Shown one piece after another: positions 41,974 through 54,095 of a DNA stretch of 64,000 nucleotides (position 1 is its first letter; each line of letters opens with the position of its first letter). This stretch comes from Vicugna vicugna. Taxonomy: Eukaryota. The DNA lies in contig MU057887.1 in NCBI GenBank assembly GCA_013265495.1, positions 383,985 through 447,984 of the forward strand. The letters run 5' to 3'. Made by a program: the position numbers and the translations under genes. A model generated the notes under the pieces. That model was not told the DNA's origin. It worked only from the letters and a program-made list of their open reading frames with translations, and ran no database searches.

Positions 41974-43921
41974 AAGAAAGTTTACATGTAGAATATCAAG
42001 TATTCTTTAAAGGGGCTTTAAAAAGATTGGAAAGCAAGACTTTGCAAAGTTAATAGTGTGTCTCTGGGTCATTGGAACTATGAGTAATTTTTTTTTCCAT
42101 TGTCTTATACTTTCCAGTTTGTAAAATGTACATGTAACATTTTTTAATTGGAAAAAAACTGTTTTGGGTTTTTGAGGCTGTTTTTTAAACAAGTGTCTCG
42201 GTTGGGGCTCCTCTTCAGCAGCCTCAAGGCTTAGCTGGTATTCATGGCCCAGCCCTCCCAGAGGAGGAGGCCTGTGAATAAGAAGCCAGCACGCAGGAGG
42301 GCACAGAGCAGGGCACAGCTTGTGGGAAGCCTCAGGGCAGGGGCAGAGCAGAGGGCCGAGGGAGGTGCCAGGACAGCTGATCGCCCTCTCGCTTTGCAGA
42401 GAATCCCTGAAGCTGTGATCCTTGGCCTCCTTAAAGTGTGAAGTCCAATGCCCTCGGGGTTCTCTGGAAGGACGCAGAGTCCCTGCCCTGGGACAGGACC
42501 ACACCAGCAGCCTCCTGGGGCTGCTCCAGCCCCAGAAACAGATAGAGGCCGGAACCCACAGACCTTAAAAATAGGCGCAGGAACCGAAAGAGGCACCACT
42601 ACCACTCCAAACGGCCGCACTTCCTCCCTGCCGCACTGGCCCAGAACCAGCTGTCTGCCTCAGGGTCAGATGGCCCGGGCCCCAGGGAAGCCAGGGAAGC
42701 AGCCCCAGCCACTGCGAAGCAGCCTGAACTTCAGAGCGCCAATCCAATTCTAACTTCCACGTGCGGGCCCTGGGCCAGGTGTTCCTATCTTTTATAACAA
42801 CCACAGCATAGAAGGTCAAAGAGGTGCCAAATTCCCAGCCAGGCACCGCCCCAGCGTCAGCTCCCACGGCTACCCTTCCAGCCGCATTAGCCTCCCTGCT
42901 CCTCCACTTTGAGCCCCTCTCAAAGGCCAGGCACTGCACGAACCCCCGGTCAGCCCTGGTGGCTCCCTTCCCTGTGCCCCTTCAGAACCCCGCACACCTC
43001 GACCCGGGTCCTGCCTCAGTCCACTTTGGGCCAGGCTGCTGTGCACACCTATGCCGGCCAGGCCTCAAGCCCCCCGAGGACAGATGTGGGGGTTTCACCT
43101 CTGCCAGGAGCTTGGGCTCAGACAGATTCTGCTACTGACTGGCATGTGCCTGGGCACATGTTACCTCACCTCTAAACCTGTGCTTCCTCATCAGGACAAA
43201 GAGAAGAGCTTAATAGTACCTACCTTATAGGATTATTTTGAGGACAGAAGGAAATAGTGAATGTAACACACTCCTTTTGTCCCACAGCACTCCAGAAAGA
43301 GAAAATTCCCTAGGCCACCTAAGAGGGCGTGACAGCCCAGGCACAAACAGCTCCTAACACGCTTGGCCAAGGCAGGCCCAGAGACAACCCCTACAGCGCC
43401 TCTCCACGACTCACACCCAGGTCACATCCACGTGGCTGACCCAGGGGCCTGCAGCCCTGCTGACTGGGAGCCTGCCCACATGGCACACTCAGGCCCACGG
43501 CCAGGGCCCAACAGGAGGCCCAAGCCCCAGAAGGAAGTGTCAGGCTACCTCCACCTTTGGCCCAGATGCTCCATCACACAACACCTGGGCACTGGACCAG
43601 CTGATTCTCCCCACAACACAGATTCTGGAGCCTCACACAAGCCACCTCAGCCACCAGCTTGGCTCACCTGTTACCTGGAATCACAGGCGGTTTCCTCTAG
43701 ATAAAACACCAAATCCTGCTCAGAGTGGCCACACCCTGGCTTCTTCCAGCAGGGTTTATACTTCAGCCAAGTCACCTGGGTACCTGGCTCTCTCCCCTGC
43801 TCAGCTGTGTCCTCCCACATGGCAGGGATCAAGACCAATCTCTCCACCTGGCAAGGAGCAAGTGCTCAAAAAACGCTTCTACTGCAGAGGCCACAACAGA
43901 CAAGGTTCAAAAATCAGGTGT

Positions 43922-44049
43922 GATTAGCAGACACAAGGTCCTGGGTTCAATGCCCAGTACCTCTGTCAAAAATAATAATAAATAAATAAATAAATAAACC
44001 TAATTACCCCCTGCCAAATTAGATAAATAAATCATTTTTTTTAAAAAAA
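43922..44049 (+). mobile_element. 5'-truncated Vic-1-type SINE
   Basis: B box ggttcaatgccc, (AAAT)n and cctaattacc tail; TSD aaaaatcaggt at 43909-43919 and 44045-44055. Confidence 0.85.
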
Positions 44050-44294
44050 TCAGGTTTGGATCTACAAGGCACCTTTCATCATGACAGCCAAGTACCCAAC
44101 CCCATGGCGGGGTAGCGGGGAGCAGTCACTTCATCTCATAGACAGACACTGTGACTCAGAAGTGACAATAGCTTGTCCAGGGTCAAGTGTCTCTCCCAGA
44201 GGCTCCGTTATACCTTTAAAACAATCTCAGAGAACATGCCACACTTCTGAATAACGTAAGCTTTAAGAAACAACAAAAATCTGGGAGGTTTAGT

Positions 44295-44417
44295 GGGTGA
44301 AGAGAGTATAGCTCCGTAGTAGAGTGTGTGCCTAGAATGCACGAGGTTCTGGGTTCAATCCCCAGCACCTCCATTAAATAAACAAATAAACCTAATTACC
44401 CACCCCCCCAATAAAAA
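44295..44417 (+). mobile_element. Full-length Vic-1-type SINE
   Basis: A box tagctccgtag, B box ggttcaatccc, tail aataaacctaattacc; TSD aaaaatctggg(g)aggttta at 44275-44292 and 44413-44431. Confidence 0.88.
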
Positions 44418-45284
44418 TCTGGGGAGGTTTACATGAATTCATCAGTGTAACAGGGTTTCACAGTTGCAAAGCGGAGATGAGAGGGCTACCTGATCACCGG
44501 ATGTAAGAGGAAAAATGCTCTGGAGGGCATTGTGGGTTCTCACCTAGTGCCTGGGCCGAGCATCCTGACCTAACTCTGCTCTAGGCACAAAGTCATTATT
44601 TAGCTTGCCCCTCTCTGAACATCTGAAAACGGAACAGATGGGCCACATGAGCCCTTCGAAGAGTTTAAGATTCCACTCTCCTCGGCCATCCACACCCTTC
44701 AATTCCCCATCCAGAAATTAATTCTCTTGTCCATTTGCTGAATGTGCACTGGGCCTCTGCCCTGCACGCACCCCATGCCTGGCACGGAGAAGACTCAGAC
44801 TTGGGCAATGCCCTGGAGGAGGAGTCGCTGGCTAACTAGGGAGACAGCCACACAGACCATCACAGTGCCACGGCCATCTGACCATCCAGCGGACATGCAG
44901 CCAAGACAAAGAGAGCACTGGCAGAAGGACAAGGAGCTGAGGAAGGGTCCCCAGGTGCAGCCTGAGCACTGAGGCCTGAAGGGAGACCTGCAGGTGTCTG
45001 CAGGGCAGATGAGGAGGGGGTGGCTTTCCAGGCGGAGAAAACAGCGGGCATAAGAGCGCAGAGCAGGAGAGCACTACAGGGACTGAGTTCTGGGGGGCTG
45101 GAGGGTGATAATATGGGGAGACCCTGTGTGTGAAAGTGGACTGGAGGCTGGGAGGGGAGACACAGCAACAGAGCAGCCACCAGGCTCTGCTCTTGGCCCA
45201 CTACGGGGCAGGCCTCCTGCCCAGGTGCAACGCAGAAGGTGCAGCAAGGCCTGGCTGGGCCCATCTGGGGGGACAGACTCTAGG

Positions 45285-45485
45285 GTCAGACTGACTAAGG
45301 GTCAATTCCAGCTGTACAACCTCCTCGCTGGCCATCCCTGGGCAGTTTCTTGCCTCTCTGAACCTCAGGCTGCACCTTGGTGAAATGCAGATAATATTCC
45401 CATCTGACAAAGTCAGTATCTAACTGACAGAGCACGCAGTAAGTGCTCAGTAAAGGCCAGGTGCTAGAGCAAATTACTATTGTTC
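45285..45485 (+). mobile_element. MIR SINE
   Basis: ctgggcagttt...cctctctgaacctcag...tgaaatg...ataat...cagtaagtgctcagtaaa. Confidence 0.65.
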
Positions 45486-47088
45486 TTAGGGGACGGCACT
45501 GCAGGCTCCTCAGGCAGGGGCCGTCTAACGGGGCACAATGCTCAGAGGACAGCAGGAACGTGCTGACAGGGGAGTGGGGAGGGGTGCCAGGAGCTGCTGA
45601 GCAAACAGGGCTGAGGCGCCTGGAGCAGATGGTCCCTCAGACCCCTCCCATTTCAGACCTTCTGTGCCAGGTGTTGGACGGCCTGCCAGGCAGGTATGCA
45701 CCTGGCACACAGTAGGTGCTCAAGGAATGTTTCCTGAATGATTAATGAGGATCCTTCAATTCCTGCTCAAAACTAAGTAGTGACACCTTTTCAGAAGAGA
45801 CCAGAGAAAACTGTGTCCTCGTCCAGCCCCACTCTGTAGACATTCTACCCTCACCCATGAGGAAAGCTTCATTCCAGGGCAGGCTGAGCTGAGACCTGCA
45901 GGGTGAAGTGTCATACTAAGCCCGCCTCCGACAAAAAAGGAGGGTTCAAATATATTTCCTCTCCTGGATGACCAGCCTCCAGGGCGTGGCCTGCTGAGGG
46001 GGGCCTGGGACACCTTGTGACCTTAGGGGCGACACGCTGGCTCTTTGGGATTCAGTTTCCCCAAAGGTGAGTGGAAGGGGGGCTGGTAGAATCTCTAAGG
46101 CTGGCATTCCTTTCTCCCTTCACAAAATGCTGTCGCCCCCTCAGAAATCCCCGGCCCAGACTGGGATGAGGGTGGGGTGGCGGGTGGCTGACAATGTGGT
46201 ATGAAGTCATTCTCACATGAAGAAGGGAGGGGTCTTTCCAGAGAGAAAATGGCAAACCCGACACTACAGGGGAGGGGGGCCGCCCCACCTGCTTCAGTCT
46301 GAACAAGATCCATCAGTAGCCATTACCTCACACTCAACCAAGCTGAGAGACCCCACCCACACCTGCAGCTCCATGCTCCTTCAAATGATACAAGGCACCC
46401 CTACCCCACCCCACAGGCAGATCTGGGACTTCGGGCCTCCTTAGAGCAGAATCACACCCACAGAGGCAGTGGCAGCAGGGCTGGGTGGGTTCAGGGGGCC
46501 AAGGTCCAACAGGTCCCCAGTTAGAGCTAATGGACAAGCCAAACCGCGGGTGCAGAGAGGTGCGGAAAGACAAAGGCTTCAGGAAGCCGGAGACATGCCC
46601 TCCTGGCGAGCTGGAGATCGTGGCCAAGGCGTCTTACAGGCAAGTCTGCCCAGAGCCCACGGAGCCCCGGCCCTGCCATGATGGGCTATGGGTCTCCCCA
46701 AATCCAGCGCCCACACTCCCTGCAGCGGCACTGAGGCCCCCGGGTAAGGCTTCCTGGAGGAGAAGGAGGCCAGGCAGAGCCACGGAGGGGAAGGAGGGAG
46801 ACGGGGCAGACACCCGGATGGACAGACAGAGGGAGACACCGAGTGACCTGGGCAACAGAGACAGAGGAACGCGAGCGTGCAGGACCGGTCTCGGAACCAC
46901 AATCAGAGGCAGAGACGCAGGGGCACAGGAAAGATCCAGACGCGGGGACCTGGAGGCGTGAGGACGACGACGCGACACGCAGGGAGCCCCAGAGACACAC
47001 GCAGAGACAGACGTGCGGAGGCGCGCGTACCCCGGCGACGCGGGGCCCCGGCCTGGCCACGGCCTCGCCCCCGGTCGACCCCACTCAC

Positions 47089-47152
47089 CGAGGCCGCAGA
47101 CCTCGCGGCGCAGGCTGAGGCGGCCGCGCTCCTCGGCTATGGCGCGCAGCAT
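47089..47152 (-). CDS. KIAA0930: KIAA0930 exon 1 coding part (MLRAIAEERGRLSLRREVCGL)
   Basis: ATG at 47152-47150, donor CTCG|gtgagt, phase 1; identical to the recalled human N-terminus. The true start could lie further upstream. Confidence 0.9.
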
Positions 47153-47231
47153 GTGCTGCAGCGAGCGCTCCTCGGCCTCGGCGCCGCCTGCAGGCTCGGG
47201 GGAGGCGGAGGCGGCGGTGGGGAGGGCGGGC

Positions 47232-47696
47232 NNNNNNNNNNNNNNNNNNNNNNNNNNNNNNNNNNNNNNNNNNNNNNNNNNNNNNNNNNNNNNNNNNNNN
47301 NNNNNNNNNNNNNNNNNNNNNNNNNNNNNNNNNNNNNNNNNNNNNNNNNNNNNNNNNNNNNNNNNNNNNNNNNNNNNNNNNNNNNNNNNNNNNNNNNNNN
47401 NNNNNNNNNNNNNNNNNNNNNNNNNNNNNNNNNNNNNNNNNNNNNNNNNNNNNNNNNNNNNNNNNNNNNNNNNNNNNNNNNNNNNNNNNNNNNNNNNNNN
47501 NNNNNNNNNNNNNNNNNNNNNNNNNNNNNNNNNNNNNNNNNNNNNNNNNNNNNNNNNNNNNNNNNNNNNNNNNNNNNNNNNNNNNNNNNNNNNNNNNNNN
47601 NNNNNNNNNNNNNNNNNNNNNNNNNNNNNNNNNNNNNNNNNNNNNNNNNNNNNNNNNNNNNNNNNNNNNNNNNNNNNNNNNNNNNNNNNNNNNNNN
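47232..47696. other. Assembly gap (465 N)
   Basis: Run of N in the most GC-rich part of the CpG island. Confidence 1.
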
Positions 47697-48559
47697 TACC
47701 CAGACCCCGCCCCCTGGCAGCCCCTCTCCGCCCCAGGGCAGCCTTGCTTTGACTTACGGAGCCGGCTCCCTTGCCCGCTCCCAGCCAGCTCTGGCCCCGC
47801 CCACCCCAAGCGTCCAGCCTCCGCTGATCTCTGACGCCCGCCACTCTCTTCCTCAAATGGCTCTCGCGATCCCGCCTCGCCCACCTGGCCGTCGACCCTT
47901 CCTGGCCCCTCCACGCCTGAGCCCACCTTCTCCAAGCCCTACCCCTAAGGCCCTCCCAGAAACCTCCTTGGGCAGTTTGGCGTCTCCGAACCCCTCCCAT
48001 CGCCCCTTCCGGGTCGTCCCCCCACCGCCGCCGCCCTCCATCTCTCCTCAGTCAAGTTGTCAAGACCTGTTTCCGCTGGGAACTTTCTCCGCAGAACCCA
48101 GAAAGAGGTCACCCCTCCCCGGAAAGAGGTCTCATTGGGGGAGACTGCAAAGCCCTTGCCGCCCCCACTGACTCCTCCTGACAGTGCAGGGTGTTAAGAA
48201 AGCTGTGAGCCTGTTTCCTCAGCTGTAAAATGAAGGTCTCCCTCTGAGTGTTAAAGATGTATGAGGGGGTCGAGGGGTGGGGAGGTATGAGGTCAGCGGG
48301 CATGTGATCCTGGTGAAGGCCAAGGTCCAGTGGGCATCCATCCCAGTGCTGGCCTCTGCTGATGGCGAAAGACCTATCAGCTGGAGACATTCCCCAGACC
48401 TCACCCCTGGTGGCCCCTTCCTAAGGGTGGAAGAGATGGACATGGAGAGAGAGTGCTGGGGATTCCCAGCTGCTTCCATCTCCGATGATGTCCCCTGCAC
48501 TCACACTGGCCTCCAGTCCACAGACCCATCAAGGATGGTCCTGCCTCCAGGCCCCACCC

Positions 48560-48860
48560 CCCTTCCCTTCTCCCCAATCCTTGTAAGACTTACTTCCTCA
48601 TTTTCTTTGGATCCCAGTGTCACCTCAGAGAGCCTTTCCTGACCACCTTACCTAAAACACCACCTTCCCTCCCCCTCTGACCCCTTCCCCTGCTTTGTTT
48701 TTCTGCACAGCACTTACCTCCTTTGACATCACTTAATACCTAGGTGTTCTGATTGTTGTCTGTCTTCCCCACTGAGGAAGGGGTCTGTCTTTTGTACAAC
48801 TATTTTCAGTGCCAGGAAGGATGCCCAGTATAAAGTAGATGCTCTGTAAATAAATGTGGG
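48560..48860 (+). mobile_element. L2 3' fragment
   Basis: gtcacctcagagagcctttcctgaccac...gtctgtcttccccactg...gtagatgctctgtaaataaatg. Confidence 0.65.
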
Positions 48861-49507
48861 CTGCATGCCTGAAGAATGAGAGGCCTGGTAGGGAAGCAGG
48901 GAAGCAGAAGAGGCAGTAAGGGGGCTGGAGCCGTGGCGTGGGGGAGGAAATGCGGGGGTCTGGAGCCTGCTTCAGGCCTCACAGCCAGTGCCATGCTGTG
49001 AGTCCCTGAGTGCCTCAGGACAGGACCCACATGTCTCATCCCTCTGTGTCCCCAGCAGCAGGCAAAGGGGGAGAGTGGCAGGGTGGGAGGCTCTGTGAGG
49101 AAGTGTGGAGGGGAGAATTAATGCAATGATTGTCCCCCAAGTGTCCCTCTTCTCCTCTGGGCCTGCTTCACCATCTGTGAAGGGAGGACACTGGCCTGAG
49201 GACTATGGTTCTGAGTCCGGACAACTGGGATTTGGGCTGGTAGAAATGGGAAAGGCTGAGCAAGGGCTCTGAGGCTGGCAAGTCCAATGGTCAACTCTCT
49301 TTCTCTGTTTCCTCAAACTCTGCAACGACTCCTACCTGCCCCACTGCCGTCCCTTTGCTCCTGTGCTTCCCCTTGCTGGAAATCCTTTCTCCTACACTAT
49401 GTAGTCACCTCTGGGACCCACTCTCCCTGGGAAGCCTTCTGGTGAGCACTACTGAGTCAGTGCATTTCTGTTCTTATCTCTTTCACAGACTCCCTCCCAA
49501 CACAGAT

Positions 49508-49570
49508 ACACACATGCGCGCGCGCACACACACACATGCACACACACACACTCACACACACACACACACA
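49508..49570. repeat. Compound (CG)n/(CA)n microsatellite
   Basis: acacacatgcgcgcgcgcacacacacacatgcacacacacactcacacacacacacaca, read directly. Confidence 0.95.
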
Positions 49571-50201
49571 GTTGCCTCCATAGATTCTATGCCGTAGGAC
49601 CCTCATCAAACCAACTCATCCCATGGTCCCCGGCCTCCAGCCCAGGACAGGTGCCAGAAAATACTTGAGTTCATGAGTGAATACATGAACAGCACTTGGG
49701 CTGTCTCCTTTTTATTTAATCATACTCCAGGTATTGGCCACATAGGAAATTTTTTAATGTTAATAAATGTTAAATTATATTTTGGACTTGAAGCAGGCAT
49801 GAGCAGGGCTTCTGGGGTCACAGGACATGTTCTATTTCTTGATCTGTGTGCTCATTACAATGGTGTGGTTATTTTATAAAAATCAGACTGTCGCTGTATG
49901 CATTATGCACTTTTCTGTGTATAAATATTCAGATATAAAACAGAATTAAAAATAAAAAGATTTAAAATTCTTGAAAAGATTTTGGTTTAGCCATATTTCC
50001 CATGACAATGAACATGTTCTTTTTTGTAATGAAGCAAAATTTATTTTTAGAGACACCACTGAGGGAAAAAAAGAATTTGTAAACAGTATGTGTATGACTG
50101 AAACATCAGAAATTGACACATTGTAACTGACTATACTTCAATTTAAAATTTTTTAATGAAAAAATCTTCAAAAATAAAGATAATGGTGAAAAAAAAGAAT
50201 A

Positions 50202-50913
50202 TGTAGGCAGAATAAGGGCCCCCAAAAATGTCCAGCCCTAATCCTTGTAACTTGTGGGTATTTATTACCTTACCTGCTGAAAGGGACTTCACAGGTGTGA
50301 TTAAGTTAAGGATCTTGAGCTGGAGAGACTGGATTATCCGCGTTTGCCCAGTGTGGTCACATGCATTCTTTTTTTTTTTTTAGTTGTAATTATTGTTATT
50401 ATTTTTTTATTCAAGTATAGTTGATTTACAATGTTGTACTAGTTTCTGGTGTACAGCAAAGTGATTCAGTTAACATACAGTTTTTTTAAAAAGCCGTTTT
50501 TTTAAATCTTTATCCTGTTTTGAGGGGGAATTAGGTTTATTTATTTACTTTAATAGAGGTACTGGGGAACATAAACTCTTAAAATTGGAGATCTCCTGGC
50601 TGTAGTCAGAGAGAGATGTGACAACAGAAGAAAGATCAGATAAATGTAGTGTTGCTGGCCTTTAAGGTTGAGGAAGGGGCCACAAGTCAAAGAATGCAGG
50701 CAGCTTCTAGAAGCTGGAAAAAGGCCAGGAAACAGATTCTCCCCTAGAGCGTCCAGAAAGAACACAGCCCTGCCTGTGCCTTGATTTTAGCCCAGTGAGA
50801 CCCCATCCCTTTAGTCGTACTTCTAACCCATAGAACCGGGAGATAATAAATGTATGTTGTTTTAAAGCACTTACTTTGTGAGTTCGTTATTGACAGTGAC
50901 AGAAAACCAATAC
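50202..50913 (+). mobile_element. MLT1 (ERVL-MaLR) solo LTR interrupted by an antisense L1 tail (~50368-50480) and a truncated antisense SINE (~50500-50568)
   Basis: TG...CA ends; MLT1 motifs aaagggacttcacaggtgtgattaagttaaggatcttgag and ggaaacagattctcccctagagc. Confidence 0.8.
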
Positions 50914-53699
50914 AGTGGGCAAACCTGAGAGAATCACACACATTCTCAACGCAAGCGTCTCTTTCCCCGAGGTTTATTTTGCAAACAACGCTAGAGCAAC
51001 AATAAAGCAAAGTTTAGCAAGAAGAAAAATCAACCACAAGCCGTCTGCTTTAATAGGTCGGTTGTTCCATTCCCTGGGATCCTCATGCATACACGATGGT
51101 GCCAATGGCATTGATGGTTCATGTTTTGCTCTCCAAACGTTTGGGGCTGATCTTATTCAAAGAGCCAGGCTGTGTCAAGAACAAATGCTCCCAGAGAACT
51201 GCTCCCGGGGACTTGTCAGAGGAGATGCCAGTTCTCCTGAGAGCCCCTGGCCACCAACCTTCTCTTCACTGAACCTCGTTTATTGTTCGTATAAGGGCAC
51301 ATGGGACTGAATGATTTCTGAGAGCCCCCCTTCCGTTAGTCTATGGTTCGACCCCAGTTGTTCATCCTTCCTCCTTGGCCCCCAAGAAGAAAAGACAATT
51401 TCTGGTAGAAAAGACATTTCAGGTAGAAGTAGCCCCACCTTGGGTAGATGAGCACAAAGTCCAAGGGGCAGGTTCAAAGGCTCTCCTACCCACCCTGTAA
51501 TCCATTAAAAAATTTTTTCAGTCATGTGAGTGTGTCTTCAGCAGCTTCCTGGTCAGACTTCTGCCTTTATGTGACTCGTGTTTCTTGGAATTCTTGTTTC
51601 TCAGCCTTTTTCCAGCTGGAAAATTTAAATCCAACCATCCCCCATCAAGATTGCAACACTGAGTGCTTCTCACCTACTATTCAGGCGTAGGAATGACCTG
51701 AAAAGGTCCAACTGGCCCGCTTTCCACCGTCTACCTGACACACAAAATATTTTCTCATCCTCAGCTATTGTCAGAAATTCCACTGTTAGTACTCCGCTTT
51801 TTTTTTTAAATACTTCTCTGCTAAAATTCCCCCAGACGGGATAACCTTAAAATTATTATTAGGCACCGATAAGTCGGGGAGAAGAAAGGATTCAGAGATT
51901 TTGAGAGAGGAAGTGCCTGATGGGTTTGGGAGTTGGGGAGATACATAATTAAGATTTCTTGAGGAACTGCTTTATGCCAGAAGATTCATGAATGTGGACA
52001 AGTTTAATCTTGAGCCTTGGAAGGCAATTAGTGTTGCCTCCTGTGTTGGGTGAGATAAGCAAACCCCAGAGAGGCTGAGTCATACTCAACATCACACAGC
52101 AAGTTAGACCTGGAGCCAGGATTCCAACCCTGGAGCCTGGGAGGAAGAGACAGCAATGCACACACCATCTGGCATTAGCTCCTCCCTTTTCTGGTTTCAG
52201 GAGGGTAGGTCCATTGGAGAATGGACACAGGACGATCAGTTTTGAAAGGAGAAGCCTCTCTTCCTGGAAATGCAGGGCATCGGGTCCTTCCTGGGGAGTA
52301 CAATGGTACCCCTGGACGAGGAGGCGGGGCTGTGCTATTTGTGGGCAGGGATGAAATCGGGAAAGAATTTGATCATCAGGAGGGAGACCTGAGACCAAGT
52401 TTGAACTTGGCCAAGTCCCTCCTGCTCCAGAGCCCAGGGCCTCCCATCTGTCGATGAAGAGGTGAACTGCCTGTCCAGCCCCAACATGAGGGGAGGGCAG
52501 GTGAGTGAGCCAGGCTGAGAGCTAGAGACCCTGCCCTCCTGTTCCTGCCTCTCCCCGGCTCCTGCTCCCAGGGCTCCTGCCAGGAAGCCTTTCCCCTTTC
52601 TGTAACACACAGCCTTTGCCCCCATGGGGCGACAGGAATTGTGTTACCAGCCAACATTGTGTACTACTGCAAAATGCAAATGACAAAATTGAAAAGATGC
52701 CTCATTAAATACCTACAAGATATAACATTAGGTCATCATTGTTTTTGATTTGGTATTTAGAAAAGTTTCACTACCTTTGAGAACTCTTGAGTAGCAAGAA
52801 TTCTGAGAATTCGGGGTAATTGATAAGAAATCAGAAGTTAAAAGTTCCTGGTACTTTATCTTAGTTAGCAGACACGTATGCAGGATGTGCTCCGTGCCAG
52901 GCACAGTTTTGTGACTTTACAAGTGGTCACACTGATTCCTGAGACTTAGAAACATCACTATCACGCCTTCACAGGCGTGCCAGCTGACGCCCACCCCCGA
53001 GAGCTTAGGTGTCTATCTTCTCCACACCATCAAAGGCAGAGTCAAGGAGCCAAGTCAACTCAAGAACAAAATTTTAAAAATCCTTTCAGAATGTTTTTAG
53101 AAAAATGGCTCCATTTTACAAGGGTACATTCATGTTTGGGATGATGTGGGCAGAGCCTTCAAAAGCAAGAGGGCCTGAGGCCAACAAATGGCTAAAAGTG
53201 GCCCTGTCCTCACGATCACTGTCCACTGGGGGCTGGGGGTGGTCGTGAAGGGGAGGGAGATGGCATTTCTTACACCCTCAGCACCGTGCCGAGCTCATTG
53301 TATTCAGCCCATCGAATGCTCGGCCTAACTGCAGGATGGCTGTCTCATCATCCCCATTTATAGGTGAGAAAACTGAGGCTCAGAGATGCCAAGGGGCTTA
53401 TTCACAGGGCCAGGGGGCCGCAGAGCTGGGACTTGTGCCCCTGAGCCTTGAGAAGAAGGCAGTCACTGTATTTGAACATCTGATATATTCAGTCCTACTC
53501 ATGTATTCATCTCACACCTACTTTGTGAAAGCTCATTGCCCAATGTTTAGAGCCCCGCGGATCTTCACACCCACGGGCATCCTTTTCCAATGGAAATGTT
53601 TGGAGCAGTGGTGCATCGCAGGAGGGACAGGTAAGTGGCTGGATTAGAGAGAAAATTTTGGCACATTTAAGGCCCCGCCCCATGTAGGCCCTCAACCCT

Positions 53700-54095
53700 C
53701 AGGAGTTACAACCAGACAACACACTGGGTGCCTTACAAAAAAATTTATTCCCTCGTGGTTTTAGAGGCCACAAATCAGAAATCCAGGTGTGGGCAGGGCT
53801 GCGCTCCCGCCTCTTCCAGCTCCTCAGGGCTCCAGGCAGTCCTTAGCTTGGGGTTGTGTCACTCCTTCCTCTGCCTCATTGTCACATGGCCTTCCTGCTC
53901 TGTGTCTCTGTGGCTCAAATCTCCCTCTGCCTCCCTCTTACAAGGGCACTTGACATAGGATTTAGGGCCCACCCTAAACCCAGGACACTCTCATCTCCAG
54001 AGCCGTAACTACAAAGACTTTTCCCCATAAAGTCACTCACAGTCACAGGTTTCAGGTACGCGTATCTTTGAGGGGTGCGGAGGGGCCACAATTTA
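53700..54095 (-). mobile_element. MLT1 (MaLR) LTR
   Basis: aaatttattccctc...gaaatccaggtgtgggcagggc...ggatttagggcccaccc...aaagacttttccccataaagtcac. Confidence 0.7.

Larger units (their letters stand above)
46900..48040. promoter_or_regulatory. CpG island / KIAA0930 promoter and exon 1 region
   Basis: Very high CpG density on both sides of the gap; GC boxes (ccccgccc) near 47705 and 47795; contains exon 1. Confidence 0.85.

Noticed and set aside
46634..48000. Long ORFs of 273-433 aa spanning the CpG island
   Set aside because: Artefacts of the 465-N gap and high GC content. Only the KIAA0930 exon 1 frame is supported.
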